From NCBI GenBank assembly GCA_016291655.1, contig JAEEYF010000089.1, positions 40,197-104,196 on the forward strand: DNA of 64,000 bases. The letters run 5' to 3'. Below are positions 1 through 10,977 of this stretch, in pieces. The position numbers were made by a program, and so were the translations under genes. This DNA is from Lachnospiraceae bacterium. Lineage in GTDB: Bacteria > Bacillota > Clostridia > Lachnospirales > Lachnospiraceae. Position 1 is the stretch's first letter, and each line of letters begins with the position of its first letter. Below the pieces are notes generated by a model. It saw only the letters and a list, made by a program, of their open reading frames with translations, ran no database searches and had not been told where the DNA came from.

Positions 1-1936
1 CGGAAACACCGGTAACGCAAGCGAACACTCCGAGAGGAACGTCTACATTAACCTTTTTCAGATTGTGCTCCGTCGCACCCTTGATCTTAAGCCAGCCTGT
101 AGGCTTGCGGCGCTTGGAAGGGATCTCGATCTTCTTTCTGCCTGAAAGGTAGTCGGCAGTGATAGAGTTGGGGCATTTCATGACTTCCTCGGGAGTTCCC
201 GCCGCAACGATCTCTCCTCCGAGATTGCCGGCTCCGGGGCCTATGTCCACAAGGAAATCAGCTTCACGCATAGTCTCCTCGTCATGCTCCACGACGATAA
301 GGCTGTTGCCGAGATCGCGAAGGCGCTTCAGGGAAGCCAGGAGCTTTCCGTTGTCACGCTGGTGAAGGCCTATACTGGGCTCATCCAGAATGTAGGCAAC
401 ACCCACAAGACCGGAGCCGATCTGGGTAGCGAGACGTATACGCTGGGCTTCACCTCCGGAAAGAGAGCCTGCCGAGCGGGCAAGGGTCAGGTAGTCAAGA
501 CCCACGTCGTTCAGGAAACGTATGCGCCCCTTGATCTCCTTGAGGATGGCAGCGCCAATGGTCTGCTGCATGGGTGTGAGCTCGAGGTTGTTGAAAAAGT
601 CCGCCAGATCCCTCAATGGAAGCTCGGTGACTTCGGATATATTTTTTCCTCCCACCGTTACAGCCAGAACTTCAGGCTTTAGACGCTTTCCGTTACATAC
701 GGCGCACGGGGTGGTGGTCATGAATTCTTCGTATTCGGCCTTGGAGTATTCCGAGGCGGTTTCACGGTATCTTCTTTCGGTACTCTTTATGAGACCCTCA
801 AAGACTATGGGATAGACACCCGATCCGCGCTGACCCGTGTAATGGACATCAACGGATTCGGTGGTTCCGTAGATGAGCATGTTTTGGATGTCTTCGGGGA
901 GCTCTTTGAAGGGAGTGTCAAGGGAGAAACCGAAATGCTTGGAGAGGGCGACAAGCAACGAACCCGAGAAGCTTTTCGGATCGCTTGAGGATTGCCAGCC
1001 CATAACCTGAATGGCGCCTTCCTTAAGGCTCAGGCTTCTGTCGGGTATCATGAGATCGGGAGAGAACTCCATCTTGACACCGATACCGTTACAATTGGGG
1101 CAGGCTCCGAAGGGATTGTTGAAGGAAAAAGCTCTGGGCTCCAGCTCGGGCAGATTTATGCCGCAGTCCGGGCAGGCAAAGCTTTGGGAGAAGAGCTTCT
1201 CTTCGCCGTTCATAAGGTCCACGACAAGAAGACCTTCGGACAGCTTAAGGGCTGTTTCGATGGAATCCGATAGTCTTTGATCGATGCCGGGCTTGGCTAT
1301 GAGCCTGTCCACAACAATCTCTATCAAATGCTTATTGTTCTTTTCAAGCTTGATCTCTTCGGACAGGTCGTAGATGTGACCGTCGATCCTTGCACGAACA
1401 AAGCCTGATTTCTTGGCACTTTCCAACACTTTTACATGTTCACCCTTACGACCTCTGACGACGGGAGCAAGGAGCTGAAATTTAGTGCCTTCCGGGAATT
1501 TCATTATCTCGTCCGCCATCTGATCCACAGACTGGCGCTTGATCTCGCGACCGCAATTGGGACAATGGGGGATTCCGACTCTTGCATAGAGCAAACGGAA
1601 GTAATCATATATCTCCGTGACCGTACCTACCGTTGAACGGGGGTTGCGGTTAGTGGATTTCTGGTCGATGGAAATGGCGGGGGACAGTCCCTCTATGCTT
1701 TCCACATTCGGTTTTTCCATCTGCCCCAGGAATTGTCTTGCATAGGAGGACAGGGATTCCATGTAACGTCTCTGACCTTCCGCATATATGGTATCAAAAG
1801 CAAGCGAACTCTTTCCCGAACCGGAAAGACCCGTGAGAACGACGAATTCATCTCTCGGGATGTCTATGTCTATGCCTTTCAGATTGTGCTCGTTTGCACC
1901 GCGTATCTTGATGTATTTCTTTGATTCTTCAAACAT
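1..1936 (-). CDS. uvrA: Excinuclease ABC subunit A (UvrA), 3' part; runs off the window start
   Basis: Reverse-strand translation from the ATG at 1936-1934 gives [70 protein letters not shown]...; at the window edge the reading frame covers the second Walker A region (LGVFxCVTGVSG). The start lies 11 nt after the uvrB stop, giving the usual uvrBA operon order. It is not in the ORF track because no stop occurs inside the window. Confidence 0.9.
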   Translation of the reverse strand, partial: MFEESKKYIKIRGANEHNLKGIDIDIPRDEFVVLTGLSGSGKSSLAFDTIYAEGQRRYMESLSSYARQFLGQMEKPNVESIEGLSPAISIDQKSTNRNPRSTVGTVTEIYDYFRLLYARVGIPHCPNCGREIKRQSVDQMADEIMKFPEGTKFQLLAPVVRGRKGEHVKVLESAKKSGFVRARIDGHIYDLSEEIKLEKNNKHLIEIVVDRLIAKPGIDQRLSDSIETALKLSEGLLVVDLMNGEEKLFSQSFACPDCGINLPELEPRAFSFNNPFGACPNCNGIGVKMEFSPDLMIPDRSLSLKEGAIQVMGWQSSSDPKSFSGSLLVALSKHFGFSLDTPFKELPEDIQNMLIYGTTESVDVHYTGQRGSGVYPIVFEGLIKSTERRYRETASEYSKAEYEEFMTTTPCAVCNGKRLKPEVLAVTVGGKNISEVTELPLRDLADFFNNLELTPMQQTIGAAILKEIKGRIRFLNDVGLDYLTLARSAGSLSGGEAQRIRLATQIGSGLVGVAYILDEPSIGLHQRDNGKLLASLKRLRDLGNSLIVVEHDEETMREADFLVDIGPGAGNLGGEIVAAGTPEEVMKCPNSITADYLSGRKKIEIPSKRRKPTGWLKIKGATEHNLKKVNVDVPLGVFACVTGVS

Positions 1937-1946
1937 GTCTATTCCT

Positions 1947-3917
1947 TTAATCGTGTTTTTTCAGTTCAGCCAATTTGTCTCTGTACTCGGCGGCAAGCTC
2001 GAAATTGAGTTCCGCAGCCGCAGAGAGCATCTTGCGTTTTAAGCTTTCGGCAAGTGCTTTGAGCTCGTTGGATGACATGGATTCCAGATCCTTTTCGATA
2101 AGTTTGGAGCCGGGCTCGGTCTTTTTGGATATGCTTATGAGTTCGCGCACAGCCTTTTTGATCGATGTGGGGGTAATGCCGTGCTCTTTGTTGTAGGCAT
2201 CCTGAATTCCGCGTCTTCTTTCCGTCTCCGCGATGGCTTTTTCCATGGATTCGGTAATTGTGTCGGCATACATTATAACATGGCCGTCAACATTTCTCGC
2301 CGCACGCCCGACGGTCTGGATGAGAGAGGTCTCCGAACGGAGAAAGCCCTCTTTGTCGGCATCGAGGATCGCAACAAGTGAAACCTCGGGGATATCAAGG
2401 CCTTCGCGGAGAAGGTTGATGCCCACCAGCACATCAAAAACATCGAGACGCATGTCACGGATGATCTGAGAGCGCTCGAGGGTGTCAACGTCGGAGTGAA
2501 GGTAGCGCACGCGTATGCCCACTTCTTTGAGATATTCCGTAAGGCTTTCCGCCATCTTTTTGGTGAGAGTTGTCACAAGGACTTTTCCGCCGTTTTTCGT
2601 GGTCTTGTTTATCTCGCCGATCAGATCGTCGATCTGCCCCGTCGTCGGACGGACGAAGATCTCGGGATCAAGAAGGCCTGTGGGCCGGATGATCTGCTCT
2701 GCGCGTAGAAGCTCATGGGCTTCCTCATATTTTGAAGGAGTTGCGGAGACGAACAGCATCCGGCTGATGTGAGACTCAAACTCCTCAAAGTTCAGAGGGC
2801 GGTTGTCCTGAGCGGAGGGCAGACGGAAGCCGTAATCGATCAACGTAGCCTTTCGCGAACGGTTGCCGTTGTACATGCCTCCGATCTGGGGGATGGTCAT
2901 GTGGGACTCATCCACAATGATCAGAAAATCATCGGGGAAGAAGTCAAGCAGGGTATAGGGCGGATCTCCGGGATGCAGCCCCGAGAGGTGCATGGTGTAG
3001 TTTTCAATGCCGGAGCAGAAGCCTGTTTCATTGAGCATTTCAATATCATAGCTTGTTCGTTCGTATATCCTCTGGGCTTCGAGAAGCTTGCCCTTGTCCT
3101 TGAAATATTTGACCTGCTCGGTCATTTCTTCTTCGATATCATGGATCGCCTGATTCAAGCGGTCTTTGTCAACAACATAGTGGGAGGCGGGATATATGGC
3201 CGCATGAGCGAGGGTACACTTGGGATTTCCCGTCACCACCTCGAATTCCGTGATCCTGTCGATCTCATCACCGAAGAATTCGATGCGAAGGGCGGTATCT
3301 CCGTAGGCAGCGGGGTAGACCTCCACCACGTCTCCTCTGACTCTGAAGGTGCCTCGCTTAAAGTCCATGTCATTTCGGGCATATTGCATATCCACCAGTT
3401 TGCGGATTACTTCATCCCTGTCTTTGGTGGCGCCTTCACGCAGTATCAGCGACATGCCCTGATACTCCTCGGGGCTGCCTATGCCGTATATGCACGAAAC
3501 GGAAGCCACGATGATGACATCCTTTCGCTCCGAAAGCGCGTCTGTGGCAGAGTGACGCAGCTTGTCGATCTCGTCGTTTACCGCCGAATCCTTCTCAATA
3601 TATGTATCGCTGGAGGGAACATAAGCCTCCGGCTGATAGTAATCATAGTAGGACACAAAATATTCCACAGCATTCTCAGGGAAGAATTCCTTCATCTCCG
3701 AGTAAAGCTGTGCCGCAAGGGTCTTGTTGTGGGCAATGATCAGGGTGGGCTTTTGCACGGCTTCAATAACATTTGCCATGGTAAATGTTTTACCGGAGCC
3801 CGTCACGCCCAGCAGGGTTTCAAACTGATTACCGCTTTTGAAGCCCTCCACCAATTCTTTAATTGCCTGCGGCTGATCGCCCGTAGGTTTGTATTCCGAA
3901 TGAATTTTGAATTCCAT
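1947..3917 (-). CDS. uvrB: Excinuclease ABC subunit B (UvrB)
   Basis: 656-aa ORF with helicase motifs ([12 protein letters not shown]), a beta-hairpin region and a C-terminal UvrB/UvrC interaction coiled coil ([15 protein letters not shown]). Confidence 0.95.
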   Translation of the reverse strand: MEFKIHSEYKPTGDQPQAIKELVEGFKSGNQFETLLGVTGSGKTFTMANVIEAVQKPTLIIAHNKTLAAQLYSEMKEFFPENAVEYFVSYYDYYQPEAYVPSSDTYIEKDSAVNDEIDKLRHSATDALSERKDVIIVASVSCIYGIGSPEEYQGMSLILREGATKDRDEVIRKLVDMQYARNDMDFKRGTFRVRGDVVEVYPAAYGDTALRIEFFGDEIDRITEFEVVTGNPKCTLAHAAIYPASHYVVDKDRLNQAIHDIEEEMTEQVKYFKDKGKLLEAQRIYERTSYDIEMLNETGFCSGIENYTMHLSGLHPGDPPYTLLDFFPDDFLIIVDESHMTIPQIGGMYNGNRSRKATLIDYGFRLPSAQDNRPLNFEEFESHISRMLFVSATPSKYEEAHELLRAEQIIRPTGLLDPEIFVRPTTGQIDDLIGEINKTTKNGGKVLVTTLTKKMAESLTEYLKEVGIRVRYLHSDVDTLERSQIIRDMRLDVFDVLVGINLLREGLDIPEVSLVAILDADKEGFLRSETSLIQTVGRAARNVDGHVIMYADTITESMEKAIAETERRRGIQDAYNKEHGITPTSIKKAVRELISISKKTEPGSKLIEKDLESMSSNELKALAESLKRKMLSAAAELNFELAAEYRDKLAELKKHD

Positions 3918-3977
3918 GGTTACCTCGATTCTTAATCTCTTATTATAACACAGATCCCATTTTTGGGGTAGTGTGAA

Positions 3978-4075
3978 CCTTGGGGACGGGGTTAGGGGTT
4001 CATCGCAGGTAAATTTTTGTCCTCTTTCCCCATGCGGGGAGGGGAAAATGACACCACAACCCCGTCCCCGGGGTT
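3978..4075. repeat. MITE/REP-like element, copy 1: terminal inverted repeats ccttggggacggggtta ... tgacaccacaaccccgtccccgggg about 100 bp apart
   Basis: Same GGGGACGGGGTT/AACCCCGTCCCC core as the copies at 15836, 43000, 54023 and 54281. Sits in the divergent uvrB/NUDIX intergenic region. Confidence 0.6.
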
Positions 4076-4152
4076 CATTTCCGAAATATTTGATTGACTT
4101 AGGTGAAGCGGAATAATAAACTTACAATAATAATAATACAACGGGAGGATTT

Positions 4153-5554
4153 TATGGAAATCTGGGATTTATATGACAATGAAGGAAACAAGACGGGAGA
4201 AACATGGGAAAGAACGTCCGGGAAGAACAATCGGATCCCGGAGGGCAGATACCATCTGGTGTGCGATATCCTGGTAAGGCATACTGACGGGACATTTCTT
4301 CTTACAAAACGCAGTTCGGACAAGGATGTGTATCCGGGACGCTGGGAAGCGAGCGCGGGCGGAAGTGCATTAAGCGGAGAAGAACCGCTGGATTGCGCAA
4401 AAAGGGAACTCTTGGAGGAAACGGGGATCAGTACCGATAGATTTTTCTTTATAGGTACATCCCGGAGAGAACAGAGCCACAGCATGTTATATTCGTATGT
4501 GGCGGAAACCGATTGCGATAAAAACTCCGTGAAGCTTCAGGAGGGTGAGACCGTAGATTACAAGTGGGTGACAAGGGAAGAACTTTTGGCGCATATCGGT
4601 TCCGATGATTCCATTCCCTCTCATGACGCGAGATACAAAAAATATTACGATAAGATTCTGTCGAATGAAGCGCTTGCTGCAAGACCTATTGCGCCGTGGT
4701 TTGCGGAAATGGATCCGGATGATTTCGTGTCGCCTTATCCGACCTATGAATGCGGAACTATATTGGACAGATTTACCAAGCGCGAGTTTACCGGAACAGA
4801 CGGCACAACGATCAAATACTACTGTTTTGAACCGAGTGAAGTAAAGGCGGGCTCGGATAAGAAATTCCCGCTGCTGGTGTTTTTCCACGGAAATAGTAAT
4901 TCCTTCGTGGGTGATCTTTGCGTGAATTACACAGGTGCGGAAAGATATGCATCCGATGAATACCAGAAGTCCATGGGCGGGGCATATATTCTGGTGCCTG
5001 TGGCCAATGAGTACAGGAACGAAAAGGGGCAGGTCGAGGGATGCTGGTCGCCTGAGTACGACACTGTTGTCAGGGAGTTGGTGAAAGGCTTTGTCGAAGA
5101 GAGCTCAGGGCATATATGCACTCGAGTTTTTCTGGGAAATTCCGCAGGGGGAAGATATGTCTTTCATGCCCTTGAATGTTTTCCGGAGGATATGGATGCG
5201 GTTGTTCCCGTGGGTTGCAGCGCGATCCCCGAGGATCGGATACTGGAAGCGTTTGATAAGGCGGGAAAACATCTGTTCTTTGCGATGGGAAAGAGAGACG
5301 AATTGAATGATTATGTTTTGGATGTAGTGCCTCGGCTGCCGAAACTCAACTCCCTCAAGAACTGCTTTATCTTCACACCCGATTGGGTGCGAAACGGTGA
5401 TAAGGGCATAGCATCCATAAACGGAGGCATAGAAATGGGACAGCACTGCCTTATGAACAGCATCCAGGCGAATCTCATGTTTGATGACGGTACGCCGATG
5501 GATGAGCGACTGCCACGGGGATTAACGGGGGGGATCGCTGAATTGGTAAAGTGA
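4153..5554 (+). CDS. Fusion protein: N-terminal NUDIX hydrolase domain plus C-terminal alpha/beta-hydrolase (esterase/lipase-like) domain
   Basis: Perfect Nudix box G-x5-E-x7-REUxEExGU in GGSALSGEEPLDCAKRELLEETGI. The C-terminal half carries a GxSxG nucleophile elbow (FLGNSAGG) and the HGNSNSF/VPVG organisation of an alpha/beta hydrolase. RBS GGGAGGA sits 6 nt before the ATG at 4153. The ORF-track start at 4103 has no RBS. Confidence 0.75.
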
Positions 5555-5732
5555 AAGATTCCATTAAAAAAAATAATAAGCATTGCATTGTAGAGTGAGG
5601 AAAAAAGTGTTAATATTCCTAATTGTTCTTAAAAGGCATAAAGCCCGTCGGGAACTAAAGGGCACAGGTGCTTGAAAAGGCCTTTACAAGGCGTTTTTTA
5701 ACCCAAACACCGGCTCGTCGAACGGAGGAAAC

Positions 5733-7286
5733 ATGACACAGGAAAAGATTTTGGTCCTTGACTTCGGAGGACAGTATAATCAGCTTGTTGCAAGGCGTGT
5801 ACGTGAATGCAATGTTTATTGCGAGATCGCATCCTACAAGACGCCCATTGAAAAGATCAAGGAAATGAAGCTTAAGGGCATAATCCTTACAGGCGGTCCA
5901 AACAGCTGCTACGAGGAAGGGGCACCAACCTATTCAAAGGAACTCTTTGAACTGGGCATTCCCGTGCTCGGACTTTGCTACGGCGCTCAGCTTATGAGCC
6001 ATGTATTGGGCGGCAAGGTTGAAAGGGCTGCTAACAGAGAATATGGCAAGACCAAAGTTTATGTGGATGGTGAAAAAGGCATAGGCGGACTGTTTGACGG
6101 CATTCCTTCCGAAACCGTGGTCTGGATGAGTCATTTTGATTATATATCAAAAATTGCTCCGGGTTTTGAGATCCTGGCACATACGGACAATTGTCCGGTT
6201 GCTGCGGCAGGAAACGGAGTTAAGAAATTATATGCAATACAGTTCCATCCTGAGGTGTTGCATACAGAAAAGGGAAAAGAGATCCTCTTTAATTTTGTGC
6301 GCAAGATCTGCGGATGTGCGGGCGAATGGAGAATGGATTCCTTCGTAGAGCATTCCATAAAGGAGATACGCGAAAAAGTCGGAGACGGTAAGGTTTTGCT
6401 GGCACTTTCGGGCGGCGTGGATTCGTCTGTTGCGGCAGGCTTACTTTCACGGGCTATCGGTAAGCAGCTTACATGCGTATTTGTGGATCACGGTCTTCTT
6501 CGCAAAAACGAGGGAGATGATGTGGAAGCGGTTTTTGGACCCATGGGAAATTTTGACCTCAATTTCGTACGTGTTAATGCTCAGCAAAGATACTATGGCA
6601 AGCTGGCAGGAGTTTCAGAACCCGAAAGAAAGCGTAAGATAATCGGGGAAGAATTCATACGTGTATTTGAGGAAGAGGCAAAGAAGATCGGCAGAGTGGA
6701 TTTCCTTGCTCAGGGAACCATTTATCCTGACGTTGTTGAATCAGGCCTCGGCGGAGAGTCTGCTGTCATAAAGTCCCATCACAATGTGGGCGGACTTCCG
6801 GATTATGTTGATTTTAAAGAAATCATTGAACCTCTTCGCAATCTGTTTAAGGATGAAGTCCGTAAAGCCGGACTTGAGCTCGGACTTCCCGAAAAACTTG
6901 TGTTCCGGCAGCCCTTCCCCGGTCCCGGACTTGGCGTTCGTATAGTGGGAGAGGTCACGGAAGAGAAAGTTCGCATTGTTCAGGAGGCAGACTTCATCTA
7001 TCGCGATGAGATTGCCAAAGCCGGACTTAAGAAATTGCCCGATCAGTATTTCGCAGCTCTTACAAACATGCGCTCCGTCGGCGTTATGGGTGATGAGAGA
7101 ACCTATGACTATGCAGTGGCACTTCGTGCGGTAAACACCATTGATTTCATGACCGCAGAGGCAGCGGAAATCCCCTTTGAAGTTCTTCAGAAGGTGATGA
7201 GCCGTATCATAAACGAGGTCCGCGGAGTAAACCGCGTATTCTACGACCTGACGAGCAAACCGCCGGGTACGATAGAGCTCGAGTGA
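5733..7286 (+). CDS. guaA: GMP synthase (glutamine-hydrolysing)
   Basis: N-terminal class-I glutamine amidotransferase (LGLCYGAQL), an ATP-pyrophosphatase P-loop SGGVDSSV, and the characteristic C-terminal dimerisation domain. Full-length at 517 aa. Confidence 0.95.
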   Translation: MTQEKILVLDFGGQYNQLVARRVRECNVYCEIASYKTPIEKIKEMKLKGIILTGGPNSCYEEGAPTYSKELFELGIPVLGLCYGAQLMSHVLGGKVERAANREYGKTKVYVDGEKGIGGLFDGIPSETVVWMSHFDYISKIAPGFEILAHTDNCPVAAAGNGVKKLYAIQFHPEVLHTEKGKEILFNFVRKICGCAGEWRMDSFVEHSIKEIREKVGDGKVLLALSGGVDSSVAAGLLSRAIGKQLTCVFVDHGLLRKNEGDDVEAVFGPMGNFDLNFVRVNAQQRYYGKLAGVSEPERKRKIIGEEFIRVFEEEAKKIGRVDFLAQGTIYPDVVESGLGGESAVIKSHHNVGGLPDYVDFKEIIEPLRNLFKDEVRKAGLELGLPEKLVFRQPFPGPGLGVRIVGEVTEEKVRIVQEADFIYRDEIAKAGLKKLPDQYFAALTNMRSVGVMGDERTYDYAVALRAVNTIDFMTAEAAEIPFEVLQKVMSRIINEVRGVNRVFYDLTSKPPGTIELE

Positions 7287-7336
7287 CCTGAGTGACGACA
7301 AATTGTTGTTTTTTCTAAGGAATAAATTCTATTATT

Positions 7337-7760
7337 TCGATGCCCACCGCTTCAAAAATGGCGGGGGCATCGAAAATTTCAAATTTCAAAATCCCGATGC
7401 CCTGAATAGCATATTCCCCTGGCCTATGGCGTCGGAAATTCCCAAATTCAAAATCTCGATGCCCTGAATGACTGATTTCAAAAGTTTATGGCATCGATAA
7501 TCCCTAAATTCAAAATCCCGATGCCCAAAATAGCATATTCCCCTGGCCTATGGCGTCGGAAATTCCCAAATTCAAAATCTCGATGCCCTAAAGGCTTGAT
7601 TACAAGAAGATATGGCATCGGAAATTTCAAAATTAAAAATCCCGATGCCCTAAAGTCCTGATTTCAGTGACATGTGGCATCGGAAAATCCAGAATTCAAA
7701 GTCTCGATGCTCTGAGCCCTGTGAACTGAGGAAAAAGAGCATCGGGATTCTATAAATTCA
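7337..7760. repeat. Regular tandem array of six or seven 36-bp palindromic repeats (consensus GGCATCGGAAATTCCCAAATTCAAAATCCCGATGCC) separated by 26-bp spacers, period 62 bp; CRISPR-like but degenerate, with no cas genes
   Basis: Repeats start at 7366, 7428, 7490, 7553, 7614 and 7676, with a partial copy at 7738. Each is an 8-bp stem (GGCATCGG/CCGATGCC) around a 20-nt AT-rich loop. Spacers 1 and 3 are near-identical (a block duplication of 7406-7466 = 7533-7593). Repeats differ at 3-6 positions. The array lies between guaA and pgi. Confidence 0.7.
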
Positions 7761-7890
7761 ATTAAAGGAAAAAATTTCATTCTTTAGTAGCCACGCTATC
7801 TTTTTATGTGACCGATTCTTTACTTTTCGGATTTTTTCGAGTATACTTACCGACTGTGAAGATATTGATATCTCGGAAAGGAAGTAAACC

Positions 7891-9471
7891 ATGATTTCTT
7901 GGAAGAATTACAATGAACTTGTAACAGTAAAAAAACTTGAAAAGACAGCAAAGACCGATCTTCGTGAAGTGCTTGCGGGAAAAGAAGGTGCTGACAGAGT
8001 AGCAAAGTATGCGATACCCATGTCTGAGGGACTTTCCTACAATTATGCCGCGAAACAGGTTAATGACGAGACTATAGAGATTTTAAAAGAATTGGCCGAG
8101 GAAGCTCAGCTTGCGGATAAGTTTGAAGCCCTTTATAACGGCGAAGTGATCAATACCGGTGAAAAGAGAATGGTTCTCCACCATATGACCAGAGGCCGGC
8201 TCGGAAAGGCAGTACTTGACGGAGATACGGACAAGAGAGCCTTTTATGTTGAGCAGCAGAACAGGATCGCAGATTTCGCCAATGCGGTTCATGAAGGAAA
8301 GATCGTTAATGAAAAGGGAGAAAGATTTACAACAGCCGTACAGATAGGTATCGGCGGAAGTGATCTCGGCCCCAGAGCAATGTATCTTGCTCTTGAGAAT
8401 TGGGCAAAGAAAAACGGATGCTTCAAGATGGAAGCTAAGTTTATTTCCAATGTAGATCCCGACGATGCGGCAGGAGTACTGAACGGTATAGATGTAGAGC
8501 GTTCGATCTTTATACTTGTATCAAAGTCGGGAACAACACTTGAAACCCTTACAAATGAATCCTTTGTTAAGGATGCATTGAAGAATAAGGGACTTGATGC
8601 TTCAAAGCATATGATCGCAGTTACCAGCGAAACCTCACCTCTTGCAAAGAGCGCGGATTATCTGGCTGCTTTCTTTATGGATGATTTTATCGGCGGACGC
8701 TACTCATCCACTTCTGCTGTGGGCGGTGCGGTTCTCTCACTTGCCTTCGGACCCGAAATATTTGCACGCTTCCTTAACGGAGCAGCCGCAGAGGATAAGA
8801 ATGCTGCAAACAGAGATGTGATGAAGAATCCCGCTATGCTTGATGCATTGATCGGAGTATATGAAAGAAACGTACTTGGTTATCCTTCAACAGCTGTACT
8901 TCCGTACTCTCAGGCCATGAGCCGTTTCCCCGCTCATCTTCAGCAGCTGGACATGGAGTCAAACGGTAAGAGCGTAAACCGTTTCGGAGAGAAACTCGAT
9001 TATGTGACGGGACCTGTGATCTTCGGTGAACCCGGAACCAACGGACAGCATTCCTTCTACCAGCTCCTTCATCAGGGAACCAACGCTATACCTATGCAGT
9101 TTATTGCATTCAGGCATAATCAGGCTGAAACGGATGTAGTGATCCAGGGAAGCACGAGCCAGCAGAAACTGTGTGCAAACGTTGCAGCACAGATCATGGC
9201 TTTTGCATGCGGTAAAAAGAGCGAGGATCTTAACAAAAACTTTGAAGGAAATCGTCCTTCAAGCATAATCATAGGCGAGCAGCTTAATCCCGAGGCTCTC
9301 GGTACCATTCTTGCGCATTTTGAGAACAAGGTGATGTTCCAGGGTTTCATTTGGAACGTTAACAGCTTCGATCAGGAAGGTGTTCAGCTCGGAAAGGTGC
9401 TTGCAAAGAAAGTTTTGGCACATGAAACAGACGGAGCTCTCAAAGCCTACAGCGATCTTTTGAATATTTAA
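7891..9471 (+). CDS. pgi: Glucose-6-phosphate isomerase
   Basis: 526-aa PGI-family protein with SIS domains (IGIGGSDLGP, the sugar-isomerase signature FGEPGTNGQHSFYQL). Confidence 0.93.
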   Translation: MISWKNYNELVTVKKLEKTAKTDLREVLAGKEGADRVAKYAIPMSEGLSYNYAAKQVNDETIEILKELAEEAQLADKFEALYNGEVINTGEKRMVLHHMTRGRLGKAVLDGDTDKRAFYVEQQNRIADFANAVHEGKIVNEKGERFTTAVQIGIGGSDLGPRAMYLALENWAKKNGCFKMEAKFISNVDPDDAAGVLNGIDVERSIFILVSKSGTTLETLTNESFVKDALKNKGLDASKHMIAVTSETSPLAKSADYLAAFFMDDFIGGRYSSTSAVGGAVLSLAFGPEIFARFLNGAAAEDKNAANRDVMKNPAMLDALIGVYERNVLGYPSTAVLPYSQAMSRFPAHLQQLDMESNGKSVNRFGEKLDYVTGPVIFGEPGTNGQHSFYQLLHQGTNAIPMQFIAFRHNQAETDVVIQGSTSQQKLCANVAAQIMAFACGKKSEDLNKNFEGNRPSSIIIGEQLNPEALGTILAHFENKVMFQGFIWNVNSFDQEGVQLGKVLAKKVLAHETDGALKAYSDLLNI

Positions 9472-9529
9472 GCAAAGGCTTGATTTCAAGGGCTTCCTGT
9501 GTTATAAAGTATGTGTTTAACTGAATATA

Positions 9530-9825
9530 AAGCATGTTCGGTTCCGGAGAGATCCGGATCAGGGGGAAGTTCGGTGAAAATCCGTCGCAACCACCATTAC
9601 CGTGATCGGGCGTGAGCCCGTAAGTCGGAATACCTGCCGAACTTGTAAGGTTAACCGCTTTGACCTTTGTATCATCAAAGTGAGAGTGGACATTTTTGGG
9701 TAAGAAGAATGCAACCGTTTGTCGTTCCGGGACAGTGCCTTAACAGGCAGTGTCTTGGTTTAGTTTGCGTGCGAGAAACAGTTGCGTTTTGTTATCCTTA
9801 AGGAAAACAAAACGCTTTTTCTGTA
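9530..9825 (+). promoter_or_regulatory. Cobalamin (AdoCbl) riboswitch with expression-platform terminator
   Basis: GGTGAAAATCC motif plus a B12 box AAGTCGGAATACCTGCC (consensus rAGYCMGgAgaCCkGCc). A terminator hairpin gcgttttgtt...aacaaaacgc followed by TTTTTCT lies at about 9783-9822. B12-uptake genes follow directly. Confidence 0.75.
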
Positions 9826-9839
9826 TTTAAGGATGGGTT

Positions 9840-10139
9840 ATGGGAAAGTACACAAGGGAGATGAGTATTCAGCTGCTCATCGATAAAAAGAAAAGTATTG
9901 AGGAAGCGGGCGAAGACCGATTGCCAAAGAGATCCGATTTTGACAGTGAGGAAGTCTGTGCCATCAAAGCTTTTCTGGGACCGTGGCCGAGGGCGCTGGA
10001 AACCGCGGGACTGAAGGAAGTCAGAAACGACGACCGAAAACGCCTTAACTCCGAAAAAAGGATAAGGGCAAAAAGACGAAGGACCGAAGCGAAAAAGGGA
10101 CGAGTCAAGGCTGAAAATACTAAATCTAAAGGAGACTGA
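9840..10139 (+). CDS. Small basic hypothetical protein (99 aa), first ORF after the B12 riboswitch
   Basis: RBS AAGGATGGG before the ATG; a highly charged K/R/E-rich C-terminus; no recognisable domain. Whether it is a real gene is uncertain. Confidence 0.35.
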   Translation: MGKYTREMSIQLLIDKKKSIEEAGEDRLPKRSDFDSEEVCAIKAFLGPWPRALETAGLKEVRNDDRKRLNSEKRIRAKRRRTEAKKGRVKAENTKSKGD

Positions 10140-10143
10140 TACT

Positions 10144-10977
10144 ATGAAAAAGTTTTTCGCAACATTGCTTGCCGCATTTCTTGTGATCGCGGCTGTAAAT
10201 CCTGTTACCGTTAAGGCGGGCGGACTTTTGATCTCCCCCAGGCCTGCGGATGTGACGGTTTATGTTACTGTTTGCGACGGAGACGTAAAGCTTGCTCAGA
10301 CAGCGGTTAAAGTGGCGGATATAGATGAGGACGGAGCACTTACGATCAATGATGCTCTTTACCTTGCTCATGAAGCTGAATTCAAGGGCGGCGCTGCTGC
10401 AGGCTACGGTTCGGCAAACAGCACCTGGGGTCTTTCCCTTACCAAACTCTGGGGCGTGGAAAACGGCGGAAGCTATGGCTATTACGTAAACAATGTGTCT
10501 GCTATGGGTCTTGCGGATCCCATTAAGGACGGAGATTACATCAATGCTTTTGTTTACACCGACACCGTAGGTTTTTCCGACATGTATACTTTCTTTGATG
10601 TAAATACGGTTGAAGATTACAACGGTAAGGAAGTAACACTTACACTTTCAGGCGCAGGCTATGATGCAAACTGGAATCCCGTTACTGTACAGGTTGCGGA
10701 TGCAACTGTCACTGTGGACGGAAAGAAATCAACTTTTAAGACAGATGCAAACGGAAAGGTTACTATTAAGGTGGACAAAAAAGGAAGCCATGTGATCAGT
10801 GCGGTTTCCGAGAAAAATACAATTGTTCCTCCGGTCTGTGTTATCTCTGCTCCCGTAAAGGTTAATCCTCCTCTTACGGCAGATACCGCACACACAGCTG
10901 CAGTCGTATTATTGCTTGTGGCACTTGGCGGTGTTGGCATTTGTGTATTCTGCGGAAAGAAAGTTAATGAAAGATAA
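10144..10977 (+). CDS. Surface-anchored DUF4430 (transcobalamin beta-domain-like) protein, putative cobalamin-binding
   Basis: Signal peptide MKKFFATLLAAFLVIAAVNPVTVKA, a DUF4430-like core (SYGYYVNNVSAMGLADPIKDGDYINAFVY) and a C-terminal TM anchor. RBS AAAGGAG. Under the B12 riboswitch. Confidence 0.65.
   Translation: MKKFFATLLAAFLVIAAVNPVTVKAGGLLISPRPADVTVYVTVCDGDVKLAQTAVKVADIDEDGALTINDALYLAHEAEFKGGAAAGYGSANSTWGLSLTKLWGVENGGSYGYYVNNVSAMGLADPIKDGDYINAFVYTDTVGFSDMYTFFDVNTVEDYNGKEVTLTLSGAGYDANWNPVTVQVADATVTVDGKKSTFKTDANGKVTIKVDKKGSHVISAVSEKNTIVPPVCVISAPVKVNPPLTADTAHTAAVVLLLVALGGVGICVFCGKKVNER

Noticed and set aside
159-1273. Plus-strand ORFs of 68-132 aa in the first 1.3 kb
   Set aside because: They are antisense shadows of the minus-strand uvrA coding sequence, whose translation is unambiguous.
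2769-3935. 388-aa plus-strand ORF
   Set aside because: It lies entirely antisense to uvrB. It has low-complexity composition, no RBS and no domain.
4103-4152. Upstream ATG start ([17 protein letters not shown]) for the NUDIX fusion
   Set aside because: There is no Shine-Dalgarno before 4103, whereas GGGAGGA precedes the ATG at 4153. The extension is low-complexity.
3918-4152. LexA/Cheo box for uvrB
   Set aside because: No GAAC-N4-GTTC dyad is present in the uvrB upstream region. An SOS operator cannot be asserted.
5555-5732. Purine riboswitch upstream of guaA
   Set aside because: The conserved purine-riboswitch junction motifs were not found in the leader.
7337-7760. Confident CRISPR array call
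   Set aside because: The repeats are only 83-92% identical to each other. Spacers are short (26 bp) and one is duplicated together with its flanking repeat. The repeat is a long-loop palindrome atypical of CRISPR repeats. There are no cas genes or leader-like AT-rich region in the window. It is reported as a CRISPR-like repeat array instead.
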